From NCBI RefSeq assembly GCF_009914755.1, contig NC_060936.1: a DNA stretch of 64,000 nt; one strand, given 5' to 3'. A program made the position numbers and the translations under genes. The notes beneath the pieces are model-generated. The model was given only the letters and a program-made list of their open reading frames with translations. It had not been told where the DNA came from and made no database searches. Of the stretch, positions 1 to 18,830 are shown one piece after another (position 1 is the first letter of the stretch; every line of letters starts with the position of its first letter). The DNA is from the human T2T-CHM13v2.0 reference genome, Homo sapiens.

Positions 1-649
1 AGCTCCTTAAAGCAAGCTCTTTTGGGAAGGAAAGAATCCCTGAGTGCTGCAGCCATCCATCCTGCTTTGTCTGGAAAGCTAAGGTTTTTGGGTTATTGAT
101 GTTTCAACAAGTGGAGAGCACCTAGGTCTGGTGAGCACCAGCTGCTGAAGTGTGGGGGGCACCCAAGTGGCCTGTTCTTCCAGGATGGCATTCATTCTTC
201 CAGGCAAGTGGGACAAAGTGGGCTTTCTGCCTTCACTCAGTGAGAGCTGTTGAAAGATTTTCTCATCTGAATTGTGAATGTTTGTAATGTTTATTTTCAC
301 AGTAAGAGTGAGGGCCTTCTCACTTTGAATATATTCCTTTTTGCAAGTAATTTTGAAGTAGTCCTGATCCTGTGTTAAAAGAAACATGGTATGTCATTAT
401 AGAAGAATCCTTCATCCCCCTTCCCTTACAAACATAAAATTTTCAGAGTTTACATTTGGAAGAAAACCTGGTTCAATTCTCTCCATTTTCAGGGAAGGAA
501 ATGGAATTTATTCTTTCCTTTGTTTATCCTTTTATAGTTTTCATTTTGTTCCCTGTTGGTCACATTTTTTTTTTTTTGGCCTTCTTATTAGAGGGGTATT
601 GTGGAATATTTTTGCTTAGCAAAAATTAAAATCAACATACCTGACTTTG

Positions 650-1539
650 TAATTGTAAAATATGTATAACATACAATTTATCATTTTAATCCTTTTTGAG
701 TGTACAATTCAGTGGCATTAAGTATATTCACATTGTTGTGCAGTATCATGACCTTCCATCTCCGGAACTTCTCTGTTATCCCAAATTGAAGTCTATTAAA
801 TAGTAATTTCCCAATCTCTACCCTCAGCCCTGACAAACATTATTATTCTACTTATTTTCGCCATGAATTTTACTATTCTTTTTTTTTTTTTTTTTTTTTG
901 AGACAGGGCCTCACACTGTCACCCAGGCTAGAGTGCAGTGGCACGATCTTGGCTCACTGCGACCTCCCTCTACCTTACAGGCTCAAGTGATCCTCCCGCC
1001 TCAGCCTCCTGAGTAGCTGGGACCTCAGGTGCACACCACCACGCCTGGCTAATTTTTGTATATTTTGTAGAGACGGGGTTTCACCATGTTGCCCAGGCTG
1101 GTCTCAAACTCCTAGGCTCAAGGGATCCTTCCACCTCGGCCTCCCAAATGCTGGGGTTACAGGTGTGAGCCACCGCACCTGGCCAAATATTACTATTCTG
1201 TATGTTTCTTGTAAATTGAATCATACAGTTTTTGTCCTTTTGTGTCTGGCATACTTCAGTTTACCACAATTTTTTCAGGTTCCATCCGTATTCTAGCATG
1301 TACCAGAATTTCATTCTCTTTTTTAAGGCTGAATTCTATTATGTGTATATACCACATTTTGTTTATCCTTTCATCCATTGATGGACATTTGGGTTGTTTC
1401 TACTTTGGCCATTGTGAATAATGCTGCTGTGAACATTGATACATAAATATCTGTATGAGTCCCTGCTTTCAGTTCTTTTGGGTGCATACCCAGAGGTGGA
1501 ATTGCTGGGTCATGTGGTAATTCTATGTTTATTTTTTTT
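650..1539 (-). mobile_element. Old L1M (L1MB-like) 3' end, outer layer, part 1 (contains an Alu)
   Basis: L1MB-type 3' UTR motifs (tgtacaattcagtggcattaagtatattcacattgttg; gatggacatttgggttgtttc; gtggaattgctgggtcatgtggtaattctatg). Confidence 0.75.
879..1184 (-). mobile_element. AluJ-like
   Basis: Alu dimer with polyT; TSD ttactattct (870-879, 1190-1199). Confidence 0.9.
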
Positions 1540-2373
1540 CCTCCCTTGTAATTACCCACAATGTGGTAAAATACACTTGACATGAAATTTACCACTGTAA
1601 CTATTTTTAAGTATAAGTTCAGTGGTATTAAGTACATTGAGATTGTTGTGTGACCATCACCACTGTCCATTTCCTGAATGTTTTTCATCTTGCAAACCTG
1701 AAACTCTATATCCGTTAAACAGCAACTTCCTATCCTCTCTTCCTCCCAGCCCTGGTAACCACTGTTCTACTTTCTTTCTCTATGATTTTGACTTTTCTGT
1801 GTACTTCATATAAATGGAATCATTCAGTGTTTGCTTGTGACTGGCTTACTTCACTTAGTGTAATGTCCTCAAGATTCACCCATGTTGTTGCATAGGTCAG
1901 AATTTTCTTTTAAAGGCTGAATACCACATGTGTATATATATAGAAAAATATTATTCAGTCTTAAAAGGGAATTCCTTTTTAAGGAATGCCTCATTTTGCT
2001 TATCCATTCTTCTATTGATGGAAATTTGAATTGTTTCCATGTTTTGGCTATTGTAAATCATGTTCTTTGAAAATGAGTGTACAAATGTCTCTTTGAGACC
2101 CTGCTTTTGATTCTTTTGGGTATATACTCAGAAGTGGAATTGCTGGATCATATAGTAATTTTACATTTAATTTTTTGAGGAACCACCACACCCCTTTCGC
2201 CAGCGGCTATGCTATACCATGTTACGTCTTCACCAATAGTGAGTAAGGGTTCTACATCTTTGCCATCATTTTTTTTGTTTGTTTTTGATACTAGCCATCT
2301 TAATGGGTGTGAGGGGGCATCTCATTTTAGTTTTGAATTGCCCTTCCCTAATGATTAGGGATGTCAGGAATTC

Positions 2374-4537
<2,164 letters not shown>

Positions 4538-6072
4538 TTATTGGCCATTTGTATCTCTTATTTGGAGAAATGTCGGTTCAAGTCCTTTGCCCATTTATGA
4601 ATTGGGTTGTTTGAGGTTTTTTGTTGGGTTTTAGGAATTCTCTATATATTCTGGATATAATATACATGTATATAATAAATGTATATAATAAAATATACAT
4701 GATTTGAAAGTATTTTCTGCATTTTGTGGGCTGCCTTTTTACTCTGTTGATAGTATCTTTTCATGCATAAAGTTTTAAAATTTTCATTGTCCAATCTATC
4801 TTTTTTTGTTGTTGCCAGTGCCTTTGGTGTCATACTTAAAACATTGTTGCCCAATTCAGTGTCATGAAACTTTTGCCTGCGTTTTCTCACTATAGGAAAC
4901 TATAGTAAAAAACATTAAACGTTTTATTGTTTTAGATCTTACATTTAGGTCATGGATTCATTGTTAATTAACTTTTGTATATGGTAGTAGGTAAGGGTCC
5001 AACCTCATTCTTTTGCATGTGGATAGCCAGCTTTCCTAGCAGCATTTGTTGAAAAAACTGTCCTTTCCCAACTGAATGGTCTTGGTGCCCCCAACAATCA
5101 TATGACTTTATATGTGAGGGTTTGTTCTGGGCCCTCTGCTCATTTCTGTGGTCCATTTGTCTGTCTTTATGTCAATGCTGCACTGTTTTGATTACTGTAA
5201 TTTTAAGTTTTGAAATCAGGAAGAGTGAGTCCTCCAGCTTTGTTCTTCTTTTCAGGATTGTTTTGGCTATTCAGGATCTCTTGAGATTCCATATGAATTT
5301 TTGGATGGATCTTTCTATTTCTGAAAAAAAGTCACTGGGATTTTGATAGGGATTGCATTGAACCTGTAAATCACTTTTGGTAATATTGACATCTTAATAT
5401 TAAATCTTCCAATCAATGACTATGGGGTGTCTTAACATTTGTATGTGTCCTCTTTAATTCCTTTCAGCTGTATTTTATGGTTTTTTTTATTGTACAAGTC
5501 TTTCATCTCCTTGGTTAAGTTTATTCCTAAGTGTTTTATTCTTTTTGATGCTATTGGAAATGGAATTGTTTTCTTAATTTCCTTTTTGGATTGTTCATTA
5601 GTGAATAGAAATGCAACTGATTTTTGCATGTTGACTTTGTATCCTGCCACTTTGGTGAATTTATTTATTTATTAGTTCTGATAGTATTTTTGTGGAGCAT
5701 TCAGGTTTTCTATATATGAGATCATATCATCCGTGAACAGACATAATTTAACTTCTTTCTTTCTAATTTCGATGCCTTTTATTTCTTCTCTTGTCTTATT
5801 GCTCTTGACAGAACTTCCATTATTATGTTGAATAGAAGTGGTGAAAACAGGCATCCTTGCTTTATTCCTGATCTTAGAGGGAAAGCTTTCAGGTCATCAC
5901 CATTGAATATGAAGTTTGCTTGCATTTCTTTTATATGGCTTTTATTATGTTGAGGTAGTCTCCTTCCATTCCTTGTTTGTTGAGTGTTTTATTTGTTTGT
6001 TTTTATCAAGAAAGGGTGTTGAATTTTCTCAAATGCTTTCTCTGCATCAATTGAAATGATTTTGTGGTTTTC

Positions 6073-6277
6073 TTTTTTTTTTTTTTTTTTTTTTATTGAT
6101 AATTCTTGGGTGTTTCTCACAGAGGGGGATTTGGCAGGGTCATGGGACAATAGTGGAGGGAAGGTCAGCAGATAAACAAGTGAACAAAGGTCTCTGGTTT
6201 TCCTAGGCAGAGGGCCCTGCGGCCTTCCGCAGTGTTTGTGTCCCTGATTACTTGAGATTGGGGATTGGTGATGACTC
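6073..6277 (-). mobile_element. Second, 5'-truncated SVA SINE-R 3' end with its own polyA (SVA_F-like variants)
   Basis: PolyT 6073-6094, then ~183 bp that duplicates 6300-6482 with distinct substitutions (attgataatt vs attgatcatt, ctcaca vs ctcgca, tcatggg vs tcatagg, ctgattac vs ctgggtac). Confidence 0.9.
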
Positions 6278-8703
6278 TTTTTTTTTTTTTTTTTTTTTTA
6301 TTGATCATTCTTGGGTGTTTCTCGCAGAGGGGGATTTGGCAGGGTCATAGGACAATAGTGGAGGGAAGGTCAGCAGATAAACAAGTGAACAAAGGTCTCT
6401 GGTTTTCCTAGGCAGAGGACCCTGCGGCCTTCCGCAGTGTTTGTGTCCCTGGGTACTTAAGATTAGGGAGTGGTGATGACTCTTAAGGAGCATGCTGCCT
6501 TCAAGCATCTGTTTAACAAAGCACATCTTGCACCGCCCTTAATCCATTTAACCCTGAGTGGACACAGCACATGTTTCAGAGAGCACAGGGTTGGGGATAA
6601 GGTCACAGATCAACAGGATCACAAGGCAGAAGAATTTTTCTTAGTACAGAACAAAATGAAAAGTCTCCCATGTCTACCTCCATCCACACAGACCCGGCAA
6701 CCATCTGATTTCTCAGTTTTTTCCCCACCCTTCCCGCCTTTCTATTCCACAAAACCGCCATTGTCATCATGGCCCATCCCCAATGAGCCGCTGGGCACAC
6801 CTCCCAGACGGGTCGTGGCCGGGCAGAGGGGCTCCTCACTTCCCAGTAGGGGCGGCCGGGCAGAAGCGCCCCTCACCTCCCGGATGGGGCGGCTGGCCGG
6901 GCGGGGGGCTGACCCCCCCACCATCCTCCCGGACGGGGCGGCTGGCCAGGCAGAGGGGCTCCTCACTTCCCAGTAGGGGCGGCCGGGCAGAGGCGCCCCT
7001 CACCTCCTGGATAGGGCGGCTGGCCGGGCGGGGGGCTGACCCCCCCACCTCCCTCCCGGACGGGGCGGCTGGCCGGGCAGAGGGGTCCTCACTTCCCAGT
7101 AGGGGCGGCCGGGCAGAGGCCCCCCTCACCTCCCGGACGGGGCGGCTGGCCAGGCGGGGGGCTGATCCCCCCACCTCCCTCCCGGACGGGGCGGCTGGCC
7201 GGGCGGGGGGCTGACCCCCCCCACCTCCCTCCTGGACGGGGCGGCTGGCCGGGCGGGGGGCTGACCCCCCCACCTCCCTCCCGGATGGGGCGGCTGGCCA
7301 GGCGGGGGGCCGACCCCCCCACCTCCCTCCCGGACGGGGCGGCTGGCCGGGCAGAGGGGCTCCTCACTTCCCAGTAGGGGCGGCCGGGCAGAGGCGCCCC
7401 TCACCTCCCGGACGGGGCGGCTGGCCAGGCGGGGGGCTGGCCCCCCCACCTCCCTCCCGGACGGGGTGGCTGGTCAGGCGGGGGGCTGATCCCCCCACCT
7501 CCCTCCCGGACTGGGCGGCTGGCCGGGCGGGGGGCTGACCCCCCCACCTCCCTCCCGGACGGGGCGGCTGGCCGGGCAGAGGGGCTCCTCACTTCCCAGT
7601 AGGGGCGGCCGGGCAGAGGCGCCCCTCACCTCCCGGACTGGGCGGCTGGCCGGGCGGGGGGCTGACCCCCCCACCTCCCTCCTGGACGGGGCGACTGGCT
7701 GGGCAGAGGGGCTCCTCACTTCCCAGTAGGGGCGGCCGGGCAGAGGAGCCCCTCACCTCCCGGACGGGGCGGCTGGCCGGGTGGGGGGCTGACCCCCCCC
7801 CCACCTCCCTCCCGGATGGGGTGGCTGCCGGGCGGAGACGCTCCTCACTTCCCAGACGGGGTGGCTGCCGGACGGAGGGGCTCCTCACTTCTCAGACGGG
7901 GCGGTTGCCAGGCAGAGGGTTTCCTCACTTCTCAGACGGGGCGGCCGGGCAGAGACGCTCCTCACCTCCCAGACAGAGTTGTGGCCAGCAGAGGCGCTCC
8001 TCACATCCCAGACAGGGCGGCGGGGCAGAGGTGCTCCCCACATCTCAGACGATGGGCGGCCGGGCAGAGACGCTCCTCACTTCCTAGATGGGATGGCGGC
8101 GGGGAAGAGGTGCTCCTCGCTTCCTAGATGGGATGGCGGCCGGGCGGAGACGCTCCTCACTTTCCAGACTGGGCAGCCAGGCAGAGAGGCTCCTCATATC
8201 CCAGACGATGGGGGGCCAGGCAGAGACGCTCCTCACTTCCCAGACGGGGTGGCGGCTGGGCAGAGGCTGCAATCTCGGCACTTTGGGAGTCCAAGGCAGG
8301 CGGCTGGGAGGTGGAGGTTGTAGCGAGCCGAGATCACGCCACTGCACTCCAGCCTGGGCACCATTGAGCACTGAGTGAACGAGACTCCGTCTGCAATCCC
8401 GGCACCTCGGGAGGCCGAGGCTGGCGGATCACTCGCGGTTAGGAGCTGGAGACCAGCCCGGCCAACACAGCAAAACCCCGTCTCCACCAAAAAAAAAACG
8501 AAAACCAGTCAGGCGTGGCGGCGTGCGCCTGCAATCGCAGGCACTCGGCAGGCTGAGGCAGGAGAATCAGGCAGGGAGGTTGCAGTGAGCCGAGATGGCA
8601 GCAGTACCGTCCAGCTTTGGCTCGGCATCAGAGGGAGACCGTGGAAGGAGACCGTGGAGAGAGGGGGAGGGGGAGGGGGAGGGGGAGGGGGAGGGGGAGG
8701 GGC
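6278..8703 (-). mobile_element. Full-length SVA retrotransposon (SVA_D-like)
   Basis: PolyT 6278-6299, SINE-R ~6300-6790, GC-rich VNTR ~6790-8250, Alu-like domain ~8250-8640, hexamer tract 8663-8702. TSD gattttgtggttttctt at 6058-6074 and 8704-8720 brackets this element plus the extra SINE-R end. Confidence 0.95.
6790..8250. repeat. SVA VNTR (GC-rich ~35-50 bp units)
   Basis: Repeated units such as cccccacctccctcccggacggggcggctggccgggcgggggg and ctcctcacttcccagtaggggcggccgggcagagg. Confidence 0.95.
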
Positions 8704-9554
8704 GATTTTGTGGTTTTCTTCCCTTTAGTCTTCTAATATAGGCTGTTACGTGGATTGATTTTCGTGTGTTGAATCATCCTTGTGTTCCAGGAATAAATCT
8801 CACTTGGTCATGGTGTATAATCCTTTTATATGCTCCTGAATTTGGTTTACTAGGATTTTGTTTGGGATTTTTGCATCAATGTTTGTAAGGTAAATTGGTC
8901 TACAGTTTTCTTTTCTTGTAGTGTTTTTGTCTTGCTTTGGAATCAGGGTAATGCTGCCCTCATAGATGAGTTAGGGAGTGTTTTCTCTGCTTCAATTTTT
9001 TGGGAAAGTCTAAAAAGGGTTTATGTTAGTTCTTTTAAATGGTTGGTGGAACTCACCTGTGAAACTATCAGTTCCAGGGCTTTTCTTTATCAGGAGATTT
9101 TTTTATTATGTATTCAATCTCCTTACTAATTATAGGTCTATTCAGAGTTTCTATGTGGCTTAGCCTTGGTAGGTTCTAGTTCTGTGTTTCTAGGAATTTG
9201 TCCATTTCACCTAGGTTATCTAATTTATTGCTGTACAATTACTCATAGTACCTTGTAAAGTCATTTTTATTCCCATAGAATCGGTATTAATGTACACACT
9301 TTCTCGTTTTAGTATTTGAGTTGTCTCTCTTTTTTCTTAGTTCCTCTACTCTAGCAAAAGGTTTGTCAATTTTGTTTATCTTTTTAAAGAATCAACTTTT
9401 GGTGCTGGTGATTTTCTCTATTTTTTTTTCTATTCTCTATTTTATTTATCTTTGGTCTAATCTTTCTTATTTCTATCCTTCTGCTAACTTTGGGTTTAGT
9501 TTGTTTTTCTAATTCCTTAAGTTGTAAAGTTAGATTGCTGGTGTGAGATCTTTC

Positions 9555-10241
<687 letters not shown>

Positions 10242-10789
10242 TAGCATTGCTTTCACTGCATTTCATAAGTTTTGGTATATTGTGTTTTTGTTTTAATTCA
10301 CCTTTAGGTATTTTTTCAGTGTCCTTTGTGATTTCTTCATTGATCTGTTGGTTGTTTTAGTATGTTCTTTACCGTCCACAAATTGTGGATTTTCCAGTTT
10401 TTCTTCTGTTGTAGATTTCTAACTTCATTCTATTGTGGTGGAAGAAGATTCTTTGTATAATATCTATCTTTTGAAATCTTTTGAGACTTAATCTGTGACC
10501 TAACATATGGCCTATCCTGAAAAATGTCCCATGTACACTTGAGAAGAATGTGTATTCTGTTGTTAGGTACATTATTCTGTCTGTCTGTGAAGTTGAGTCA
10601 GTTTGTTGTGTGTTCAAGTCCTCTACTTTATTACTTATCTTCTGTTTGGTGGTTCTAGTCATTATTGTGAGTGGGATATTGAGACTTCCAGCTATTATTG
10701 GAGTATTTTTCCCTTCAATTTTGTCAGTGTTTGCTTGACAAATTTTGATGGTCTCTCATTAGGTGTATAAATGTTTATAATTTTTAAAT

Positions 10790-11114
10790 CTTTTTTTGAG
10801 ACAGGGTCTAACTCTGTCACCCAGGCTGCAGTGCAGTAGTGAGATCTTGGCTCACTGCAACCTCTGCCTCCTCATTGATCCTCCATCTCAGCCTCCTGAG
10901 TAGGTAGGACTAGTACCATCATACCCAGTTAATTTTTATATTTTTAGTAGAGATGGGGTTTCACCATGTTGGCTGGGCTGGTCTCGAACTCCTGAGCTCA
11001 AGCAGTCCACCTGCCTTAGCCTCTCACAGTGCTGGGAGTACAGGCATGAGCCACCACACTTGATTTGAATATTTATAATTCTTTTTTTTTTATCTTCTTG
11101 CTATATCAAACCAT

Positions 11115-11157
<43 letters not shown>

Positions 11158-11458
11158 TTTTTGAGACGGAGCCTCACTCTGTCGCCCAGGCTGGAGTGCA
11201 GTGACGCAATCTCAGCTCACTGCAAGGTCTGCCTCCCAGGTTCACACCATTTTCCTGCCTCAGCTTCCTGAGTAGCTGGGACTATAGGTGCCTGCCGCCA
11301 TGACTGGCTAATTTTTTTTTTGTTTTTTTTTTTGTTTTTTTAGTGGAGATGGGGTTTCACTGTGTTGCCAGGATGGTCTCAATCTCCTGACCTCGTGATC
11401 TGCCCACCTTGGCCTCCCAAAGTGCTGAGATTACAGGCGTGAGCCACCACACCCGGCC
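10790..11458 (-). mobile_element. Two antisense Alus (~10790-11062; AluY-like ~11113-11458 with a (TTTA)n tail)
   Basis: Alu consensus matches. Confidence 0.87.
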
Positions 11459-11525
11459 TGAACCTTTTATTAATATATGATGTCCTTTGTCTCTTGTAAC
11501 CGCTTTCAGTTTAAGGTCTATTTTG

Positions 11526-11800
11526 GTCAGCTACAGTAACTCACTCCTATAATCCCAGCACTTTGAGAGGCTGAGACAGGAGGATCACTTGAGGCAGAAG
11601 TTTGAGACTAGCCTGGGCAACATAGTTAGACCCCCATCTCTACAAAAAAATTTAAAAATTAGCCAGGTGTGATAGCGCATGTCTGTAGTCCCAGCTACTT
11701 GGGAGTCTAAGGCAGGAGGATTGTTTGAGCCCAGGAATTCGAAGATACAGTGAGCTATCATCATGCCATTGCACTACAGCCTGGGTAACAGCGTGAGACT
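11526..11800 (+). mobile_element. AluJ-like, sense
   Basis: Diverged Alu dimer. Confidence 0.85.
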
Positions 11801-12168
11801 CTCTTTCAGTATAGCTCTTTTGGTTACTATTTGGATGAATATCTTTTTCATCCATTTTCAGCCTGTTTGTGTATTTAGATGTAAATTGAGTCTCTAGTAG
11901 ACAAGCATATAGTTGGATCAGGTTTTTAATCCATTCTGTCAATCCCTGTCTTTTGATTGGAGAGTTTAATCCATATACATTTAAAGTACTTAACTGATAC
12001 AGTGGCACTTACTTCTGTCATTTTGCTATTAGTTTTCTAGATGCCTTATAGCTTTTTTTTGTTTGTCATTTTCTGTATTGCTGTCGTCTTCTGTGTTGAT
12101 TTTTTGCAGTGAAACATTTATATTCCTTTCTCATTCCCTTTTGTGTATGTTATATAGCTGTTTTCTTT

Positions 12169-15310
<3,142 letters not shown>

Positions 15311-15398
15311 GCTGTTTTCTTTGCACTTATCATGAGGATTATATTTAAGATCCTAACCTGGTAACACAATAATTTGAATTTATACCAGCTTAGCTTTC

Positions 15399-15776
15399 TT
15401 TTCTTTTATTTTTTTTTTAAGTGAAAACAAGTTTATTAAGAAAGTGAAGGAGGCCGGATGCGGTGGCTCACGCATGTAACTCCAGCACTTTGGAAGGCCC
15501 AGGCAGGCAGATCACCTGAGGTCAGGCGTTCAAGACCAGCCTGACCAACATGGTGAAACCCCATCTCTACTAAAAATTCAAAAATTAGCCAGGCGTGGTG
15601 GCACATGCCTGTAGTCTCAGCTACTTGGAAGAATCGTTTGAACCCAGGAGGCAGAGGTTGCAGTGAGCCGAGATCGTGGCACTGCACTCCAGCCTGGGTA
15701 ACAGAGTGAGTCTTCATCTCAAAAGAAAAAAAAAAAGTAAAAGAATAAGGAATGACCTCCAGAGGCAGAGCAGTGA
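15399..15776 (-). mobile_element. Polyadenylated ~65 bp ERV1 (MER4/LTR8-group-like) LTR fragment retroposed with TSD, later interrupted by an Alu
   Basis: T-rich tail 15399-15418, minus-strand AATAAA at 15432-15437, LTR-like gtgaaaacaagtttattaagaaagt...aatgacctccagaggcagagcag, TSD cagctta(g/a)ctttc at 15386-15398 and 15777-15789. Confidence 0.65.
15452..15736 (+). mobile_element. AluS-like, inserted in the LTR retrofragment
   Basis: Alu dimer with A tail; degenerate TSD aagaaagtgaagga / aaaaaagtaaaaga. Confidence 0.88.
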
Positions 15777-15999
15777 CAGCTTAACTTTCATAACATAGAA
15801 AAACTCTGCTCCTTTCCAGCTTAGTTTCCATCCCTTTCAGTTGTTAATGTCACAAGATAATATCTTTATACAGGGTGTGTCCAAAATATAAACTAATACT
15901 TTTTTAATGCAGTAATCTCTCAAATTATGTAAAAAAACAAAATATGGAGTTATAAACTAAAGTTACAATAACATTAGCTTTTAGACTAATTTTTTTTAA

Positions 16000-16408
<409 letters not shown>

Positions 16409-16555
16409 GTACATGGGCTTTTATAATTTGCCATATATTTACCTTTACTGAGATCTTTATTTCTTCACTCAACTCTCTAGTGTGCTTTCATTTCAACCTG
16501 CAGGACCCCCTTTAGCATTTCTTGCAGGGCAGGTCTAGTATTAAGAAACTCCCTC

Positions 16556-16586
<31 letters not shown>

Positions 16587-16772
16587 CCTGACTGATACGC
16601 TTAATTTCTCCCTCATTTTTGAAGGATAGTTTTACTGGATATAAAATTCTTGGTTGACAGGTTTTTTGTTTTTTGTTTTTTTTTCTTTTAGCAGTTTACC
16701 ACCTTATGGCCCCCTAGGTTTCTGATGAGAAATCTGTTGATAATCTTATTAAGGTTCCCTTTTATGTGATAA

Positions 16773-17117
<345 letters not shown>

Positions 17118-18526
17118 CTTTCTAAAGGTTGATTATAATGTGTCCTGGTGTGGGTCTCTGAATCCTGTTTTGAGTTTGTTGAGCTTCTTGGATGTTTGTA
17201 TTCATCTCTTTCATCAAATTTGGGATGTTTTTGGCCATTGTTTCTTCAGATGTTTTCTCTCCCTTTCTCTTTCTGTTTTCCTTTTGGGACTCCCACAATG
17301 CATACGGTTATCCACTTGATGGTGTCTCATCAATCCCTTAGATCAGTTCACTTTTCCTTAATCTTTTTTCTTTCTGTTCCTCAGACTAGATAGTATTCAT
17401 TGTACTCATTATTCACTCATTCTTTCTTCTGCCTGCTCAAATCTGCCTTTGAATCCCTGCATTGAATTTTTCGTATCAGTTATTTCAGTTCCATAACTTA
17501 TTTTTCATTTCTTTTTAGGTTTTCTGTCTCTTTATTGATATTTTCCATTTGTTTATACATTGTTTTCTTGGCTTTCTCCATGTCTCCTTTAGCTCTTTGA
17601 GCATCTTTAAGACAGTTGTTTTAAAGTCTTTGTCTAGTGGATTTGCCATTGTCTTTTTTCAGGGACAGTATCTGTTGGTTTATATTTTTCCTTTGAATGA
17701 GCCATACTTTTCTGTTTCTTTGTATGACTGGTGATTTTTTTTTTTTTTGAAAATTGGACATTTAAATCCAGTAATATGGTAACTGTGGAAACAGATTCTC
17801 CCCCTTCTCTGGGTTTACTGTTTTTTGGGTTTATTTTTGGTATTTTGATTGTTACAGGATGTGTCTGTGCCAAGAATCAGCCAGAGGTATACATGTTAGG
17901 TCTCCTCAGATCTTTTCTGAGCCTGTGCTCTTCCCTGGGCATGCATAGCAACTTTCTAATTTCCCCTATATATGTGGTTGCTTTTGAATATCCTGGTCTT
18001 TAATGTCCGGGTCCCAGAGAGGGAAAAAGAAAAAAGTGAAGGAGGGTGAAAAAAATGCTACCCCCTTTAATCCTCTGAAAGTCACTTCAGCGTGAGTGGG
18101 AAGACCTTGCAGCAGTGTGGTGGAGGTGCAACAACAGTGATTACCGTCTGTGTCTCTGTCTGCACCTTTGTGATCAGAAGCAGCCAACATTGATCAGAGC
18201 ATAGATTCATATTTAGAGGACAGGGTCCTTTTCTCCCCTGCTGTCTCCCACAAACTGTGTGCAAGCCACTCCAGGAATAAGTGCGTAGCTGCCTGCAGTG
18301 GGGATGGGAGCTTTGAGATGGCTGGTGCTATTATGATGACAGCTGAAATAGACTGAAAGTAATTATAATTCATCATCCAGGCCTTCCTCTGGATGTTGCA
18401 AGCCTTCAATAGACTCTAGAGCTACAAAATAGTTACATCAGACAGAGTGCACCAGTGCAATTATTTAGTTGGGAAGATAAATTCCTGGTGCTTCCTACCA
18501 CAGTCTTCCCCAAATTCCCTTTTTAG

Positions 18527-18830
18527 TTACTTTTTTTAGGAACCCCCATACTGTTTTCCCCAGCAGGTGCACCATTTTACATTGTCACCAGCAATGCACA
18601 AGGGTTCCAAGGATATGGAGAACATCCTTGCCAATACTTGTTATTTTCCATTGTTTGGATAATAGCCATCCTAATGATTAAGTGGTATCTCATTGTGTTT
18701 TGTATTTCCCTCATGATTAGTGATGTCGAGCATCCTTCATATGCTTATTGGCTGTTTGTATATCTCCTTTGGAGAAATGCCTATTTAAATCCTTTGCCCA
18801 ATTGTGTGGTTTGTTGTTTTATCTTTTTAA
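18527..18830 (-). mobile_element. Old L1M outer layer, part 2 (continues 650-1539)
   Basis: Resumes with the L1 consensus segment expected right after 1539 (aggaac...catactgttttcc...caccattttacatt...ccagcaatgcacaagggttcc). Confidence 0.7.

Noticed and set aside
6790-8250. Repeat array superficially like CRISPR
   Set aside because: No unique spacers and no cas genes; it is the SVA VNTR in a primate genome.
6305-8728. Many overlapping Gly/Arg/Pro-rich ORFs up to 168 aa
   Set aside because: They lie inside the SVA; GC-rich tandem units lack stop codons, so these are not genes.
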